In this document: positions 1-9,503 of the stretch, piece after piece
Layout of the letters: each line of letters starts with the position of its first letter
Numbering within the stretch: the first letter of the stretch is position 1
Origin: an uncultured Chloroflexia bacterium
GTDB lineage: Bacteria; Chloroflexota; Limnocylindria; Limnocylindrales; CSP1-4
DNA length: 64,000 nt
Direction of reading: 5' to 3'
NCBI GenBank assembly: GCA_963828165.1
Contig: CAWHDR010000001.1
Span: forward strand, 1,440,001 to 1,504,000
The notes under the pieces: model-generated
Told to the model about the DNA's origin: nothing
Seen by the model: only the letters and a program-made list of their open reading frames with translations
Databases searched by the model: none
Program-made: the position numbers and the translations under genes

Positions 1-1
1 T

Positions 2-238
2 GGCGAGCTGCCCGAGCACAGCACGTGGAGCCGGCGCGACGGGCCCTTCCTGAGCCAGGATTTCAAGGTTCGGGTGGTGCATTGCTGGTGGACGTTCGAA
101 TCCATCGAGGCGGCCCGCAGTTTCCTGGAGGACGCGTTCGGGGCGGCGGGACGTTCGCTGGGTGGCCGCTTGACCCGGCCCCGCGTGTCCTACAACCTCG
201 CGATCTATCACCGCACCTTCGGGGAGGCACAGGCATGA
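2..238 (+). CDS. 3' end of a gene entering the window (hypothetical, possibly methyltransferase-like)
   Basis: Frame 2 is open from the edge (GELPEHSTW...WWTFESIEAARSFLEDAFG...YNLAIYHRTFGEAQA*); TGA overlaps the next ATG (ATGA). Confidence 0.6.
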   Translation, partial: GELPEHSTWSRRDGPFLSQDFKVRVVHCWWTFESIEAARSFLEDAFGAAGRSLGGRLTRPRVSYNLAIYHRTFGEAQA

Positions 239-624
239 CCGACCGGACGCGCCGGCCACCGGTGGATCGACGCCCGGACCCTTCGGGGCGGCCCGGTTCC
301 GCGCCGACCACGTCCGCCGGACGACGGATCTCGCCGGGTCTCGTCTTCCTCGTGCTGGCGATCGTCGGCTCGATCGCCTACATGGCCTACACCATCACCG
401 TTCGCGACACCTCGCAGATCCCGTTGCTCGCGTCCGGGGCCGTGGTCCTGGCCATCGTGTTCGGGGCACTTGCGGCGTACTGCCTCCGGTCGATCTGGCG
501 TTCCGGGACGGACGGGCGTGGCGGCCGGACCATCCTCGTTGCCCTGGTCGGCGGCGGTGCGGCGATCGCCGCCGCGGGCTTCGCGGCCGGCGCGGTCATC
601 CTGTTCCAGGTCGCGAGCGGGTAA
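235..624 (+). CDS. Small membrane protein (about 3 TM helices), unknown function
   Basis: ATG 235 after GGAGG; three hydrophobic segments. Confidence 0.7.
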   Translation: MTDRTRRPPVDRRPDPSGRPGSAPTTSAGRRISPGLVFLVLAIVGSIAYMAYTITVRDTSQIPLLASGAVVLAIVFGALAAYCLRSIWRSGTDGRGGRTILVALVGGGAAIAAAGFAAGAVILFQVASG

Positions 625-695
625 CGCCGGGACGGCCGTCGCACCTGGGTCGCTCGGGGACCCTCTGCTAGACTCGGGCCTCGGCGCGCCAGCGT

Positions 696-772
696 GCCCC
701 CATCGTCTAGAGGCCTAGGACGCCACCCTTTCAAGGTGGAGATCAGGGGTTCGAATCCCCTTGGGGGTACCA
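696..772 (+). tRNA. tRNA-Glu(TTC)
   Basis: Acceptor GCCCCCA/TGGGGGT, anticodon arm CCACC-CTTTCAA-GGTGG, GGTTCGAATC T-arm, encoded CCA; TAGACT -10 at 669-674. Confidence 0.97.
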
Positions 773-942
773 CCTCCGCCCTTGGTCGTGCCCGGCGGGT
801 CCTATCCCCGGACGGTGGCCCGGCCTCCGGTCGCTGCGGCGCATGCGCCTGACGCTCCCTCCGCCGGACGCGGCCCGGTGCCACCCGCCGACCCTGGCCT
901 GGCCTCGGGTCCGCGGCCACCCTGCCTGCTACCATCGGTCGC

Positions 943-1323
943 GTGGAGATCATGGGCGTCCGGATCCGGACGATCATCAGTGACAACGTCGCGAAGCGCT
1001 GCGACGGTTGTGGCCAGATCATCGAGGGCACGCCGTGGCGCGTGAACCTCCTCGACATCGTCACCGCCGAGACACCGGTCTCCTGGACGGCGAGGCCTGC
1101 GATCAACCCGGGCCCGTTCCAGTTCCATGGCGATGCTGCCTGCGTCCGCCTCTGGATGGCGGCGCGCGGCTACCTGTTCTGCCGTCGCGGCGAGGTCCGC
1201 GAGATCATGCGCCCGGTGCCCATTCCAGGCTCCGACGAAGCGGACGGTGAAGCCGCGGCGCTCGGAGCCCTGGGTCTGTGCGATGGCATCCATCGCGACG
1301 ATCACGAGTTCGTCCCCGCCTGA
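943..1323 (+). CDS. Cys/His-rich hypothetical protein (putative metal-binding)
   Basis: CDGC, HGDAAC, FC and CDGIH motifs; TACCAT 7 nt upstream of GTG 943 (alternative ATG 952). Confidence 0.7.
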   Translation: MEIMGVRIRTIISDNVAKRCDGCGQIIEGTPWRVNLLDIVTAETPVSWTARPAINPGPFQFHGDAACVRLWMAARGYLFCRRGEVREIMRPVPIPGSDEADGEAAALGALGLCDGIHRDDHEFVPA

Positions 1324-1340
1324 GCCCGGCCACGACTGGA

Positions 1341-1934
1341 TCACGGAGCAGCGGGGGCAAGGTCCGCATAAGTGGGCGTTGTCAGGACGCCGAACGCGTC
1401 CAGCGGCCAATAGCGAAGCCACGCACGCCCGATGAGCTGGCCTGTCTTGACCGGCCCGAAGGTGCGCGAATCCGCCGAGTTGGATCGATGGTCGCCCATC
1501 AGGAAGAGCTCGCCGTTCGCGATCGACCAGCTCGACTGATCCTGGGCGGCGGTCGTGGCCGGTGCCCCGTCGTCGCTGAGGACGTACGGCTCATCAAGCG
1601 GCCGATCATCGATGTAGACGAGTCCGTCGTCGCGGATCTCGACGGTGTCGCCGGCCACGCCGATCACGCGCTTGATGTATGGCGTGCCGTCGCTGTCGAC
1701 CCAGTCCGCCGGTGGCGTGAACACGACGATGTCACCCCGTTCGTATGCGTCGAACCGAGGGGTAAGCTTGTCCACCAGCACGTACTGCTCAGGCTCCAGG
1801 GTGTGCTGCATGGACTTCAGCTTGACCTGATACGGCTGAGCGATGAAGTTCTGGATCACGACGAAGATGATCAGTGTCAGTACGAGGGTCTCGACGATCT
1901 CGAAAAGACACCCGACTGCGGGTCGTTTGGTCAC
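1341..1934 (-). CDS. lepB: Signal peptidase I
   Basis: N-terminal TM, SMQHTL (catalytic Ser), YIKRVIG (Lys), GDHRSNSADSR. Confidence 0.95.
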   Translation of the reverse strand: MTKRPAVGCLFEIVETLVLTLIIFVVIQNFIAQPYQVKLKSMQHTLEPEQYVLVDKLTPRFDAYERGDIVVFTPPADWVDSDGTPYIKRVIGVAGDTVEIRDDGLVYIDDRPLDEPYVLSDDGAPATTAAQDQSSWSIANGELFLMGDHRSNSADSRTFGPVKTGQLIGRAWLRYWPLDAFGVLTTPTYADLAPAAP

Positions 1935-1991
1935 AGGTCCGGGAGTATAGGGCGGTCCTTTCGCTGGCCCGACCCACGCGAAATCCCACGT

Positions 1992-2066
1992 TTGACACCC
2001 CGAGTCGAGCGGTCCTATCCTCCGCTCGCCGGGCCGACATCTCGGTACCTAGATTTACCCAGATTT
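1992..2066 (+). promoter_or_regulatory. Sigma70-type promoter plus downstream AGATTT direct repeat (putative operator)
   Basis: TTGACA 1992-1997, 18-nt spacer, TATCCT 2016-2021; AGATTT at 2051 and 2061. Confidence 0.6.
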
Positions 2067-2146
2067 CTCATGCCGACCGGCCGCCCAGTCGTCCTCCCCC
2101 ACGGCCGAGCCGTTCGTCGGCGCCACTCCGTCGCCCCGAGGTCAGC

Positions 2147-2830
2147 GTGCCCGACGTCACCGCAACCGCCACCCACGACGATCGCTGGTTATCGCTCGGC
2201 CCGGCCAGTCGGCTCCTCGGCATCGACCCCGACACCCTTCGCCGCTGGGCCGACGAAGGACGGGTCGAGGCCTGGACAACGCCCGGCGGCCACCGGCGAT
2301 TCGACCGGCGTGCCCTGGAACGGATGGCGACGGACCGTCGGCGCGGCGTCGGCCGGCCACTGGCCAGCATGGGCGCCTCGCCGGAGCGGCTCAACCGGGT
2401 CTATCGGCGGCACTACGCCGCTGATGCGAGCGCGGGCCTGCAGGTGTCCTCACCACGCGACGTTGCGGATCGGGAGGCGTATCGCCAGGACGGGCGGCGC
2501 CTGATCGCTGCGCTCATCGATTTCCTCGACAGCGATGCCAACGCTGCCCCGACCCGAGAGCTCCTTGAAGACGAGGCGCGCGCGATCGTCGACGACCAGG
2601 CCATTCGGATGGCCGCGGCCGGAAGCAGCCTGACCGAGGCGGTCTCGAGCTTCGTGGCAGGGCGCCAGCCGTTCCTGGCCGAGCTTGCCGGGCTCGGCCG
2701 GAGTCGATCGCTGGATCCGACCCGCCTGGCGGCGCTCTACGGCGACGCGTCCGCGATCCTCGATCGCCTGCTGCTGCGCTTCATCGCCACCCACCAGCGA
2801 CCCGGCGCGACCGGGCCGACATCGGGCTGA
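2147..2830 (+). CDS. BldC/excisionase-type (MerR-like) HTH regulator with helical C-terminal domain, paralog 1
   Basis: WLSLGPASRLLGIDPDTLRRWADEGRVEAWTTPGGHRRF motif; GTG 2147 after GAGG. Confidence 0.85.
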   Translation: MPDVTATATHDDRWLSLGPASRLLGIDPDTLRRWADEGRVEAWTTPGGHRRFDRRALERMATDRRRGVGRPLASMGASPERLNRVYRRHYAADASAGLQVSSPRDVADREAYRQDGRRLIAALIDFLDSDANAAPTRELLEDEARAIVDDQAIRMAAAGSSLTEAVSSFVAGRQPFLAELAGLGRSRSLDPTRLAALYGDASAILDRLLLRFIATHQRPGATGPTSG

Positions 2831-2833
2831 CCA

Positions 2834-3940
2834 GTGGACGCCAGCATCGTCCTCCCCGCGATCACGTCCGTGCTCGCCCTCGTCTTCAGCGTCGGGCTGT
2901 TCGACCAGTGGCGCGTACGTCGTGGCAGCTTCCAGCTCATCTGGGGCTTCGGGATGCTGTTCTACGGCATCGCGGCGGGCGCGGAGGCGCTCGCGGGATT
3001 CGGCGGCTGGAACGAGGGCCTGTACCGCACGTGGTACCTGACCGGCGCCGTCTGGACGGCGGGTTGGCTCGGTCTCGGGACGGCATTCCTGCTCGGCCGG
3101 ACGCGGTTCGGCTACAGCTTCGCATTGTGCCTGCTCCTGGCAGGCATCTTCACGCTGCTGACACAGCGCCGGTACGACTACCCGGGCGCCGGCTCGGCGC
3201 CGATCCTCTATCTCATCGCCGCGATCATCCTCGCCATCGCCGTCGCGGTCGAGACCTACTTCCAGAACGAGCGCTGGCCGGTCCTCGCGGCGGGAGCCGT
3301 GGTCGGTGCGACCGTCCTGTCGGCCGTGTTGATGTTGACGGTCGCGATCGCGCCGCCCGGGTATGCGCTCGACCCTCGGACCGCGATGCCCATCGGGGAC
3401 TTGTTTCCTGGCACGCTGCGCCTGCTGACGCCCTTCCTGAACATCACCGGCGCGCTTGCCCTGGTCCTGGGGGCGATCTTCAGTACGTACGTGTTCATGC
3501 CCAAGAAGCGGGTGCTGCCCTACTCGCTCGATCCCAACCAGCCTGGCGATGAGTTCCTCTTCAACCTGCTCATCGCCCCCGTGGCGATCCTCGTGAACTT
3601 CGTCGCCTCCCTGCCCGGCGCCGTTCGGGCGCTGGTGACGGGTCGCATCCACAGTCGCGTCCCGGCGACGATCCTCATCGCCATCGGCGGGTTCATCCCG
3701 GCGATCACCGATTCGCTCAACAGGTTCGGCTCGACCGAGCTGTTCCAGCTCGGCAAGTTCCTCGGCGTGCTCTTCCTGTTCGCCGGGTTCCTCGTCTCGA
3801 TCGAGGTGTTTCGCGAGATCCGGGTCCCGTTCACCGGGATCCAGCTTGGCGGGACGCGCCGGGAACCTCGCGGTGTGACGCCGTCGGATGCGGTGGATGC
3901 GCCCGGCGGTCGTCACGCGGGCACGGCGCACCCGCGCTGA
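2834..3940 (+). CDS. Polytopic membrane protein of unknown function
   Basis: About 9-10 hydrophobic segments; starts 3 nt after the HTH gene stop. Confidence 0.85.
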   Translation: MDASIVLPAITSVLALVFSVGLFDQWRVRRGSFQLIWGFGMLFYGIAAGAEALAGFGGWNEGLYRTWYLTGAVWTAGWLGLGTAFLLGRTRFGYSFALCLLLAGIFTLLTQRRYDYPGAGSAPILYLIAAIILAIAVAVETYFQNERWPVLAAGAVVGATVLSAVLMLTVAIAPPGYALDPRTAMPIGDLFPGTLRLLTPFLNITGALALVLGAIFSTYVFMPKKRVLPYSLDPNQPGDEFLFNLLIAPVAILVNFVASLPGAVRALVTGRIHSRVPATILIAIGGFIPAITDSLNRFGSTELFQLGKFLGVLFLFAGFLVSIEVFREIRVPFTGIQLGGTRREPRGVTPSDAVDAPGGRHAGTAHPR

Positions 3941-3986
3941 GGGCTCGCACGGGCGGGGGAGCGGGCTGCGGCCCTACCATGACCGG

Positions 3987-5000
3987 GTGTCCAGCCCCAC
4001 CGTAAGCCCCTCGGCGCGCGTCGCGCCGGTCGTCGACTCCACCGCGCGGCCGCCCATGGTCGGATTCGGCATCGTCATCGGTGCCGCGGCGCTCTTCGGG
4101 ACGCTCGGACCGCTGGCGCGGTTCGCCTACGACGCCGGGATGGAGCCCGCTGGGTTCGTCGCCTGGCGCGCGTTGATCGCCCTCATCGGCACGAGCGTCT
4201 ATGTCGCCTGGCGTGTCCGGCGCGGCTCGACGCGGTTGGTCCGCCTGAGCGAACTGCGAGCGCGGAGCCGGATGCTGTTGCTGCTCGCGGCGGTCATGGG
4301 CTTCACCCTCAATCTGTTCATGTTCATCGCCTTCGATCGGATCACCATCGCGCTCGCCTTGCTCGGCTTCTACACCTACCCGGCGATGGTCGCGGTCGCG
4401 AATGTCGCTTTGGGGCGGGAGGCCCTCGATCGCACGCGCGTCATCGCCTTGGGGCTGGCGGTCCTGGGCATGATCGCGGTCGTAGCGTCGCAATTGGATC
4501 CGGCGGGAGCGATCCGGCTGGACGCGATCGGCATCGGCCTCGCCCTCGGTGCGGCAGTCAGCCAGACCGTGTTCGTGGTCATCAGCCGCGACGGCTACTC
4601 CGAGGTCCCGACAGATCAGGCGATGGCGATCGTGCTGCTGGTCACGGTGCTGGGTTCCGTCGCTCTGGCGGTCTTCAGCGGGGCCCTGCCTTCGCTCGTG
4701 TATCCGGTGGAGTCTCCGGACGTGTTGCCGCTGCTGCTGTTCACGGGCATCTTCGCAGCGGCCATCCCGTCACTCGGGTTCCTGACCGGGATCCGCGCGA
4801 TCGGTGGGACGCGGGCCGGCATCCTGATGCTGTTCGAGCCGGTCGTCGGTGTCGCACTCGCGGCCTGGCTCCTCAGCGAAGACCTGGCGCCCGTCCAGCT
4901 CGTGGGCGCGGCAGCCATCCTGGCCGCGGCCCTGCTCCTCCAGCGCTCGGCGAGCGGGCCTGACACGGACCGCGTGCCGGTCGTTCCCGGCGGACCCTAG
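3987..5000 (+). CDS. EamA/DMT family transporter
   Basis: Two repeats of about 5 TM; YTYPAMV and LFEPVVGVALAAWLLSE motifs. Confidence 0.9.
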   Translation: MSSPTVSPSARVAPVVDSTARPPMVGFGIVIGAAALFGTLGPLARFAYDAGMEPAGFVAWRALIALIGTSVYVAWRVRRGSTRLVRLSELRARSRMLLLLAAVMGFTLNLFMFIAFDRITIALALLGFYTYPAMVAVANVALGREALDRTRVIALGLAVLGMIAVVASQLDPAGAIRLDAIGIGLALGAAVSQTVFVVISRDGYSEVPTDQAMAIVLLVTVLGSVALAVFSGALPSLVYPVESPDVLPLLLFTGIFAAAIPSLGFLTGIRAIGGTRAGILMLFEPVVGVALAAWLLSEDLAPVQLVGAAAILAAALLLQRSASGPDTDRVPVVPGGP

Positions 5001-5017
5001 GTCGGACGGACCAACCA

Positions 5018-5704
5018 ATGCCGCCCAGAGCCGCACCGATCCGGATCCTGCTCGTTGACGACCACGCGATGGTTCGTCGCGGGATGCGCGATTTCCTGGC
5101 GTTGCACGAGGACCTCGAGATCGTGGGCGAGGCCGCCGACGGGGCGGCCGCGATCGAGCAGGCCGCCGTGCTCCGGCCCGACGTCGTCGTCATGGACCTG
5201 CTGATGCCCGGGGTCGACGGCATCGATGCGACCGCCCGCATCAGGGCCGCGGACCCCGACATCGAGATCGTCGCGATCACGAGCTTCATCGAGGAGGGGC
5301 GGATCGTGGCGGCCCTCGAGGCCGGTGCGTCCGGGTTCCTGCTGAAGGACGCCGAGGCCGATGAGCTGGCGGCGGCGATCCGCGCCGCGGCGTCCGGCGA
5401 GGTGCATCTGGACCCGGCGGTGGCCGGGATCGTCGCACGCCGGATGCGCAGCCGGGCGGGCGGGGCCACGGGCACCGGCGTCGGCTCGGACGGGGACGCG
5501 CTGGGCGGCCTCACGGCGCGCGAGCGGGACGTGCTCAGCGCCGTCGCGCGTGGGCTATCGAACCGGGCGATCGCGAACGAGCTCGGCATCACGGAGCGGA
5601 CCGCGCGCACCCACGTGTCGAACATCCTGGCCAAGCTCGGCCTCGCGAGCCGGACGCAGGCCGCCCTGCTCGCGGTCCAGCACGGCCTGGATCGCCCCAC
5701 GTGA
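5018..5704 (+). CDS. NarL/LuxR family response regulator
   Basis: ILLVDDH...MDLLMPG receiver; LTARERDVL...GLSNRAIA HTH. Confidence 0.95.
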   Translation: MPPRAAPIRILLVDDHAMVRRGMRDFLALHEDLEIVGEAADGAAAIEQAAVLRPDVVVMDLLMPGVDGIDATARIRAADPDIEIVAITSFIEEGRIVAALEAGASGFLLKDAEADELAAAIRAAASGEVHLDPAVAGIVARRMRSRAGGATGTGVGSDGDALGGLTARERDVLSAVARGLSNRAIANELGITERTARTHVSNILAKLGLASRTQAALLAVQHGLDRPT

Positions 5705-6534
5705 GCGAAAGCGCCTACGACATCGACGGACCCGCCGACGGGCCTCCGATCGTCTTCGTCCACGGGACTCGGTTGAGCCGCACGATGTGGCGCGCCCAGA
5801 TGGACGACCTGCGAGACACCTATCGCGTGGTCGCCGTCGATCTCCCCGGGCACGGCCGGCTCGCCGACCGCCGCTTCACTGTCGCGGGGGCAGCCGACGC
5901 GGTCGCTGACGCCATCGAGACCGCGGGCGGCGGGCATGCCGTCGTCGTCGGCCTGTCGCTCGGGGGCTACGTCGCGATGGACCTGGCGGCTCGTCGTTCC
6001 GAGCTCATCCGCGGCCTCGTCCTGTCCGGGGCGACCGCCGAACCGGTCGGGGCGCTCGCCACGCCGTTTCGGGCCCTCGCCTGGGTCATGGATCGGTTCG
6101 ACGGCCCCGCGCTCGATGCATTCAATGCCTGGTTCTTCCGGACGCGGTTCTCCCCGGCGATCGCCGAGCCGGTCGTCGCCGGCGGCTTCTGGACGGCCGG
6201 CGGTGCGCAGGCCCTGCGAGCCATCGTCGGCGAGCGCTTCAAGCCGCGTCTTGCCGAGTATCCCGGATCCACCCTCATCCTCAACGGCGAATGGGACCCG
6301 CTCTTCCGGCCGGGTGCGGGCGCCTTCGCTCGCGCCGCCGCGGATGCTCGCCGGGTGCGGCTGCGGGGCGCCACCCACCTCGCAAACCTCGACCGGCCAG
6401 GGGCGTTCAGCCTCGCCGTACGTCGCTTCGTGGAGTCGCTCCCCCCGCTCGTTCGAGCCGTCGGCGAACCCGGCGTCCACCGGCGTGGAGAAGGTCCGGT
6501 GCTAGACTTGGCCGACTCACCCCGCGTCCCCTGA
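5701..6534 (+). CDS. Alpha/beta hydrolase
   Basis: FVHG, DLPGHG, GLSLGG nucleophile elbow, C-terminal His. Confidence 0.9.
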   Translation: MSESAYDIDGPADGPPIVFVHGTRLSRTMWRAQMDDLRDTYRVVAVDLPGHGRLADRRFTVAGAADAVADAIETAGGGHAVVVGLSLGGYVAMDLAARRSELIRGLVLSGATAEPVGALATPFRALAWVMDRFDGPALDAFNAWFFRTRFSPAIAEPVVAGGFWTAGGAQALRAIVGERFKPRLAEYPGSTLILNGEWDPLFRPGAGAFARAAADARRVRLRGATHLANLDRPGAFSLAVRRFVESLPPLVRAVGEPGVHRRGEGPVLDLADSPRVP

Positions 6535-6555
6535 CACCCTACCGACCGAGGTTCG

Positions 6556-7434
6556 ATGCGCGTCCGTAAAGCCGTTTTCCCTGCCGCCGGCTGGGGCACC
6601 CGCTTCCTGCCTGCGACCAAAGCGCAGCCAAAAGAGATGCTGCCGCTGGTCGATAAGCCGATCATCCAGTACGGCGTCGAAGAGGCGGTGGCCGCCGGGA
6701 TCGAGCAGATCATCATCGTGACCTCGACCCACAAGGGCGCGATCGAGGACCACTTCGACCTCAACTACGAGCTCGAGCACCTGCTCGAGGAGAAGGGCGA
6801 GATCGAGAAGCTCCGCCAGGTTCGGGCGATCACTGACCTGGCCCAGCTCGCCTATGTCCGACAGAAGGAACAGCTCGGCCTGGGGCATGCGGTGCTCATG
6901 GCCAAGGACCTGATCGGCCACGAGCCGTTCGCGGTCATCCTGCCCGACGACGTGTGCATCGGGGAGCGTCCGGTCATCGGCCAGCTCATCCACGCGTACC
7001 ACCAGACCCACGGTTCGGTGGTCGCGGTCATGGAGGTCCCGCCCGAGGAGACGAGCCGCTACGGCGTCATCGCCAGCGAGCCGACGGAGGACCCCCTCGA
7101 CCATGGGCGGTTGCACAGGGTCACGCGGCTCGTCGAGAAGCCGGCCCCCAAGGACGCGCCGTCCAACCTCGGGATCATCGGCCGCTACGTCCTGACGCCA
7201 AAGATCTTCGACAAGCTCGAGCAGACGCAGCGCGGTGCCGGTGGCGAGATCCAGCTCACCGATGCGATCCAGGCCCTCATGGAGGAGCAGCAGGTCTTCG
7301 CCTACGCGTTCGAGGGCGTCCGCTACGACGCGGGCACCACGATGGGCTGGCTGAAGGCCTCGGTCGAGCTGGCCCTCCAGCGACCCGAGCTCGGTCCGGA
7401 ATTCCGGACGTACCTGGCGGGCCTCCAGACCTAG
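6556..7434 (+). CDS. galU: UTP--glucose-1-phosphate uridylyltransferase
   Basis: KAVFPAAGWGTRFLPATKAQPKEMLP, VEKP, GEIQLTDAI. Confidence 0.97.
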   Translation: MRVRKAVFPAAGWGTRFLPATKAQPKEMLPLVDKPIIQYGVEEAVAAGIEQIIIVTSTHKGAIEDHFDLNYELEHLLEEKGEIEKLRQVRAITDLAQLAYVRQKEQLGLGHAVLMAKDLIGHEPFAVILPDDVCIGERPVIGQLIHAYHQTHGSVVAVMEVPPEETSRYGVIASEPTEDPLDHGRLHRVTRLVEKPAPKDAPSNLGIIGRYVLTPKIFDKLEQTQRGAGGEIQLTDAIQALMEEQQVFAYAFEGVRYDAGTTMGWLKASVELALQRPELGPEFRTYLAGLQT

Positions 7435-7477
7435 CCGCGCGCGCGGCGTCCATCGGGGCGTTTGCGAGACTTTTGCG

Positions 7478-7707
7478 GTGACGCCCGAGATCCTCGTGAT
7501 CGCCGCGATCCGCATCGCGGCGTCGTCGCGGCGGTCGGCCCGGCCCGGGCGGCCGGCTGGTCGCGTGCTCGGCTGGCGGCGGTGCTGCTCGTCCTGACCC
7601 TCGCGAAGGAGGCGCAGGAGTGGGCGATCCATGGCCGCCGCCTCTTCGACGGGATCAGCTCGCTCGAGTTCCTGGACCTCGTTCGCCGGGCCCTGACCGG
7701 CGGCTGA
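7478..7707 (+). pseudogene. Probable internally deleted membrane-protein gene
   Basis: GTG 7478 gives MTPEILVIAAIRIAAS; the protein-like C-terminus (LAAVLLVLTLAKEAQEWAIHG...) is in another frame. Confidence 0.35.
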
Positions 7708-7784
7708 TCGTGCCCCCGTGGGGTACGATGCGGGCCGGAGCGCGTCGCGAACGGCGGCGCGCCGAACCTTGTCGAGGGGCACGT

Positions 7785-9458
7785 TTGGCCGAGATCGGGA
7801 CCATCTTTGGCGGCCGCTACCGACTCGTGGAGCTGCTGGGCCAGGGTGGCATGGCGACCATCTTCCGCGCGCTCGACACGCAGCTTGGGCGCGAGGTCGC
7901 GGTCAAGCTGTTGCGGCCCGAGTACCTGCGCGATCCCGACTTCTCGTCGCGCTTCCGCCAGGAGGCGCAGAACGCCGCTTCACTGAGCCACCCGAACGTC
8001 GTCACCGTGTACGAATACGGCGAGGACCCCGCCGGGCCGTTCATCGTCATGGAGTACGTCGACGGCGAGGACCTGGCATCGATCCTGCGCCGGAATGGCG
8101 CCCTGCCGCCGACCCAGGCGGCACGTATCGCCGCCGGCGTCGCCCGCGCCCTCGCGGCGAGTCATGCCCGAGGGATCGTTCATCGAGATGTGAAGCCCGG
8201 CAACGTGCTGATCGCGCGGGACGGCCGGGTGAAGGTCGTCGACTTCGGGATCGCCCGGGCCATCGCCGAGGCGCAGATGACGATGCCTGGGACGACCCTG
8301 GGCTCGGTCCACTACTTCAGCCCGGAGCAGGCGCGCGGCGAGCTGGCGACCAGCGAGTCCGACATCTTCTCGCTGGGAATCGTGCTCTACGAGATGCTGA
8401 CCGGCAGCCGGCCGTGGGAGGGCGACAGCGCGGCCGGCGTGGCGCTCGCCCGACTCAGCGGGCCGATCCCCGATCCCGCACTCGTTCGTGGGTCGATCCC
8501 GCCGGATCTCGCGGCGATCACGCGCAAGGCCCTGGCCCGGCTGCCGAGCGATCGCTTCGCCTCGGCGGCTGCGATGGCCGACGCCCTCGAGTCGTCACGA
8601 AGCTCGGCGGGCGCGTCGGCGGCCGCCGGGGGAGCAGCGGCAGCGGGTGGCATCGCACGGTCGAACCCGACCGTGGTCTCGTATCCGCCTGACGCCTACG
8701 CCGGCTCCGACGACGCCCGGGCCGCAGGGGCGCGCCCCGTCGCCGACCGATCACGCGCTCCGATCGGACCAGACGAGGAGCCGCCGGGCGGCACGAGCCC
8801 CGTCGTATGGCTGGCCGGGCTCATCGCCATCGCGCTGCTTGCGGCCGTTGCCTTCCTCGTCTTCCAGCTGCTGTCCGGTCCGCCGACGAACGAAACGACC
8901 GACGTGGAAGTCCCGCAGTTCGTCGGCACACTGATCGCCGACGCGACCCGGGAGGCGGACGGTCTGGGCCTGATCCTCGAGCCGGTCAACGTGCCGTCCG
9001 ACCAGCCGGTGGGGACGATCCTCACCCAGGACCCGCCGGAGGGAACGGTGGTCGCGCCGGGCGCCACCGTCAACGTGACGGTCGCCCAGGGTCTCGAGAC
9101 GGTCCCGACGCCGAACCTGCGCAACAAGACGGAGGCCCAGGCGGTCCAGGAGATCGTGACGGCCGGCCTCGTGCCGGGGACGAAGACCGAGGCCTTCGAC
9201 GCCACCGTGCCCGAGGGCCTCGTCGCGGCGCAGAACCCGGCGCCCGGTGTCGTCGTCGCGAAGGGATCGCCGGTCGACTACACGGTCTCGCAGGGTCAGG
9301 AGCCAAGCCCGACACCAAGCCCGACGCCGACGCCGACGCCGACGCCCACGCCGACTCCCACGCCCACGCCCACACCCACGCCGACTCCCACACCCACACC
9401 GACACCGACGCCGGAGGTCAGCGAGCCGCCACCATCCTTGGAGCCGCCACCGGCGTGA
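7785..9458 (+). CDS. PASTA-domain Ser/Thr protein kinase (PknB/Stk1-like)
   Basis: GQGGMA, VAVK, HRDVKPGN, DFG motifs; TM; two PASTA repeats; Pro-Thr tail; TTG start after GAGGGG. Confidence 0.93.
   Translation: MAEIGTIFGGRYRLVELLGQGGMATIFRALDTQLGREVAVKLLRPEYLRDPDFSSRFRQEAQNAASLSHPNVVTVYEYGEDPAGPFIVMEYVDGEDLASILRRNGALPPTQAARIAAGVARALAASHARGIVHRDVKPGNVLIARDGRVKVVDFGIARAIAEAQMTMPGTTLGSVHYFSPEQARGELATSESDIFSLGIVLYEMLTGSRPWEGDSAAGVALARLSGPIPDPALVRGSIPPDLAAITRKALARLPSDRFASAAAMADALESSRSSAGASAAAGGAAAAGGIARSNPTVVSYPPDAYAGSDDARAAGARPVADRSRAPIGPDEEPPGGTSPVVWLAGLIAIALLAAVAFLVFQLLSGPPTNETTDVEVPQFVGTLIADATREADGLGLILEPVNVPSDQPVGTILTQDPPEGTVVAPGATVNVTVAQGLETVPTPNLRNKTEAQAVQEIVTAGLVPGTKTEAFDATVPEGLVAAQNPAPGVVVAKGSPVDYTVSQGQEPSPTPSPTPTPTPTPTPTPTPTPTPTPTPTPTPTPTPEVSEPPPSLEPPPA
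9303..9413 (+). repeat. Coding (CCN-ACN)n hexamer repeat encoding a Pro-Thr tail
   Basis: PSPTPSPTPTPT... with varied third codon positions. Confidence 0.85.
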
Positions 9459-9503
9459 CCCTTCGGGCTCCGTGCCCGACGGGCCCGCTGCGCCGGGACG
9501 CGT

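Noticed and set aside
696-772. Island integrated at tRNA-Glu
   Set aside because: I saw no duplicate of its 3' end, and the flanking genes are housekeeping.
2147-2830. Prophage excisionase
   Set aside because: It has a long C-terminal domain and there are no integrase or phage genes nearby.
9303-9413. Tandem repeat as CRISPR array or VNTR element
   Set aside because: It is an in-frame Pro-Thr coding repeat with no spacers; the same applies to 26600-26970.
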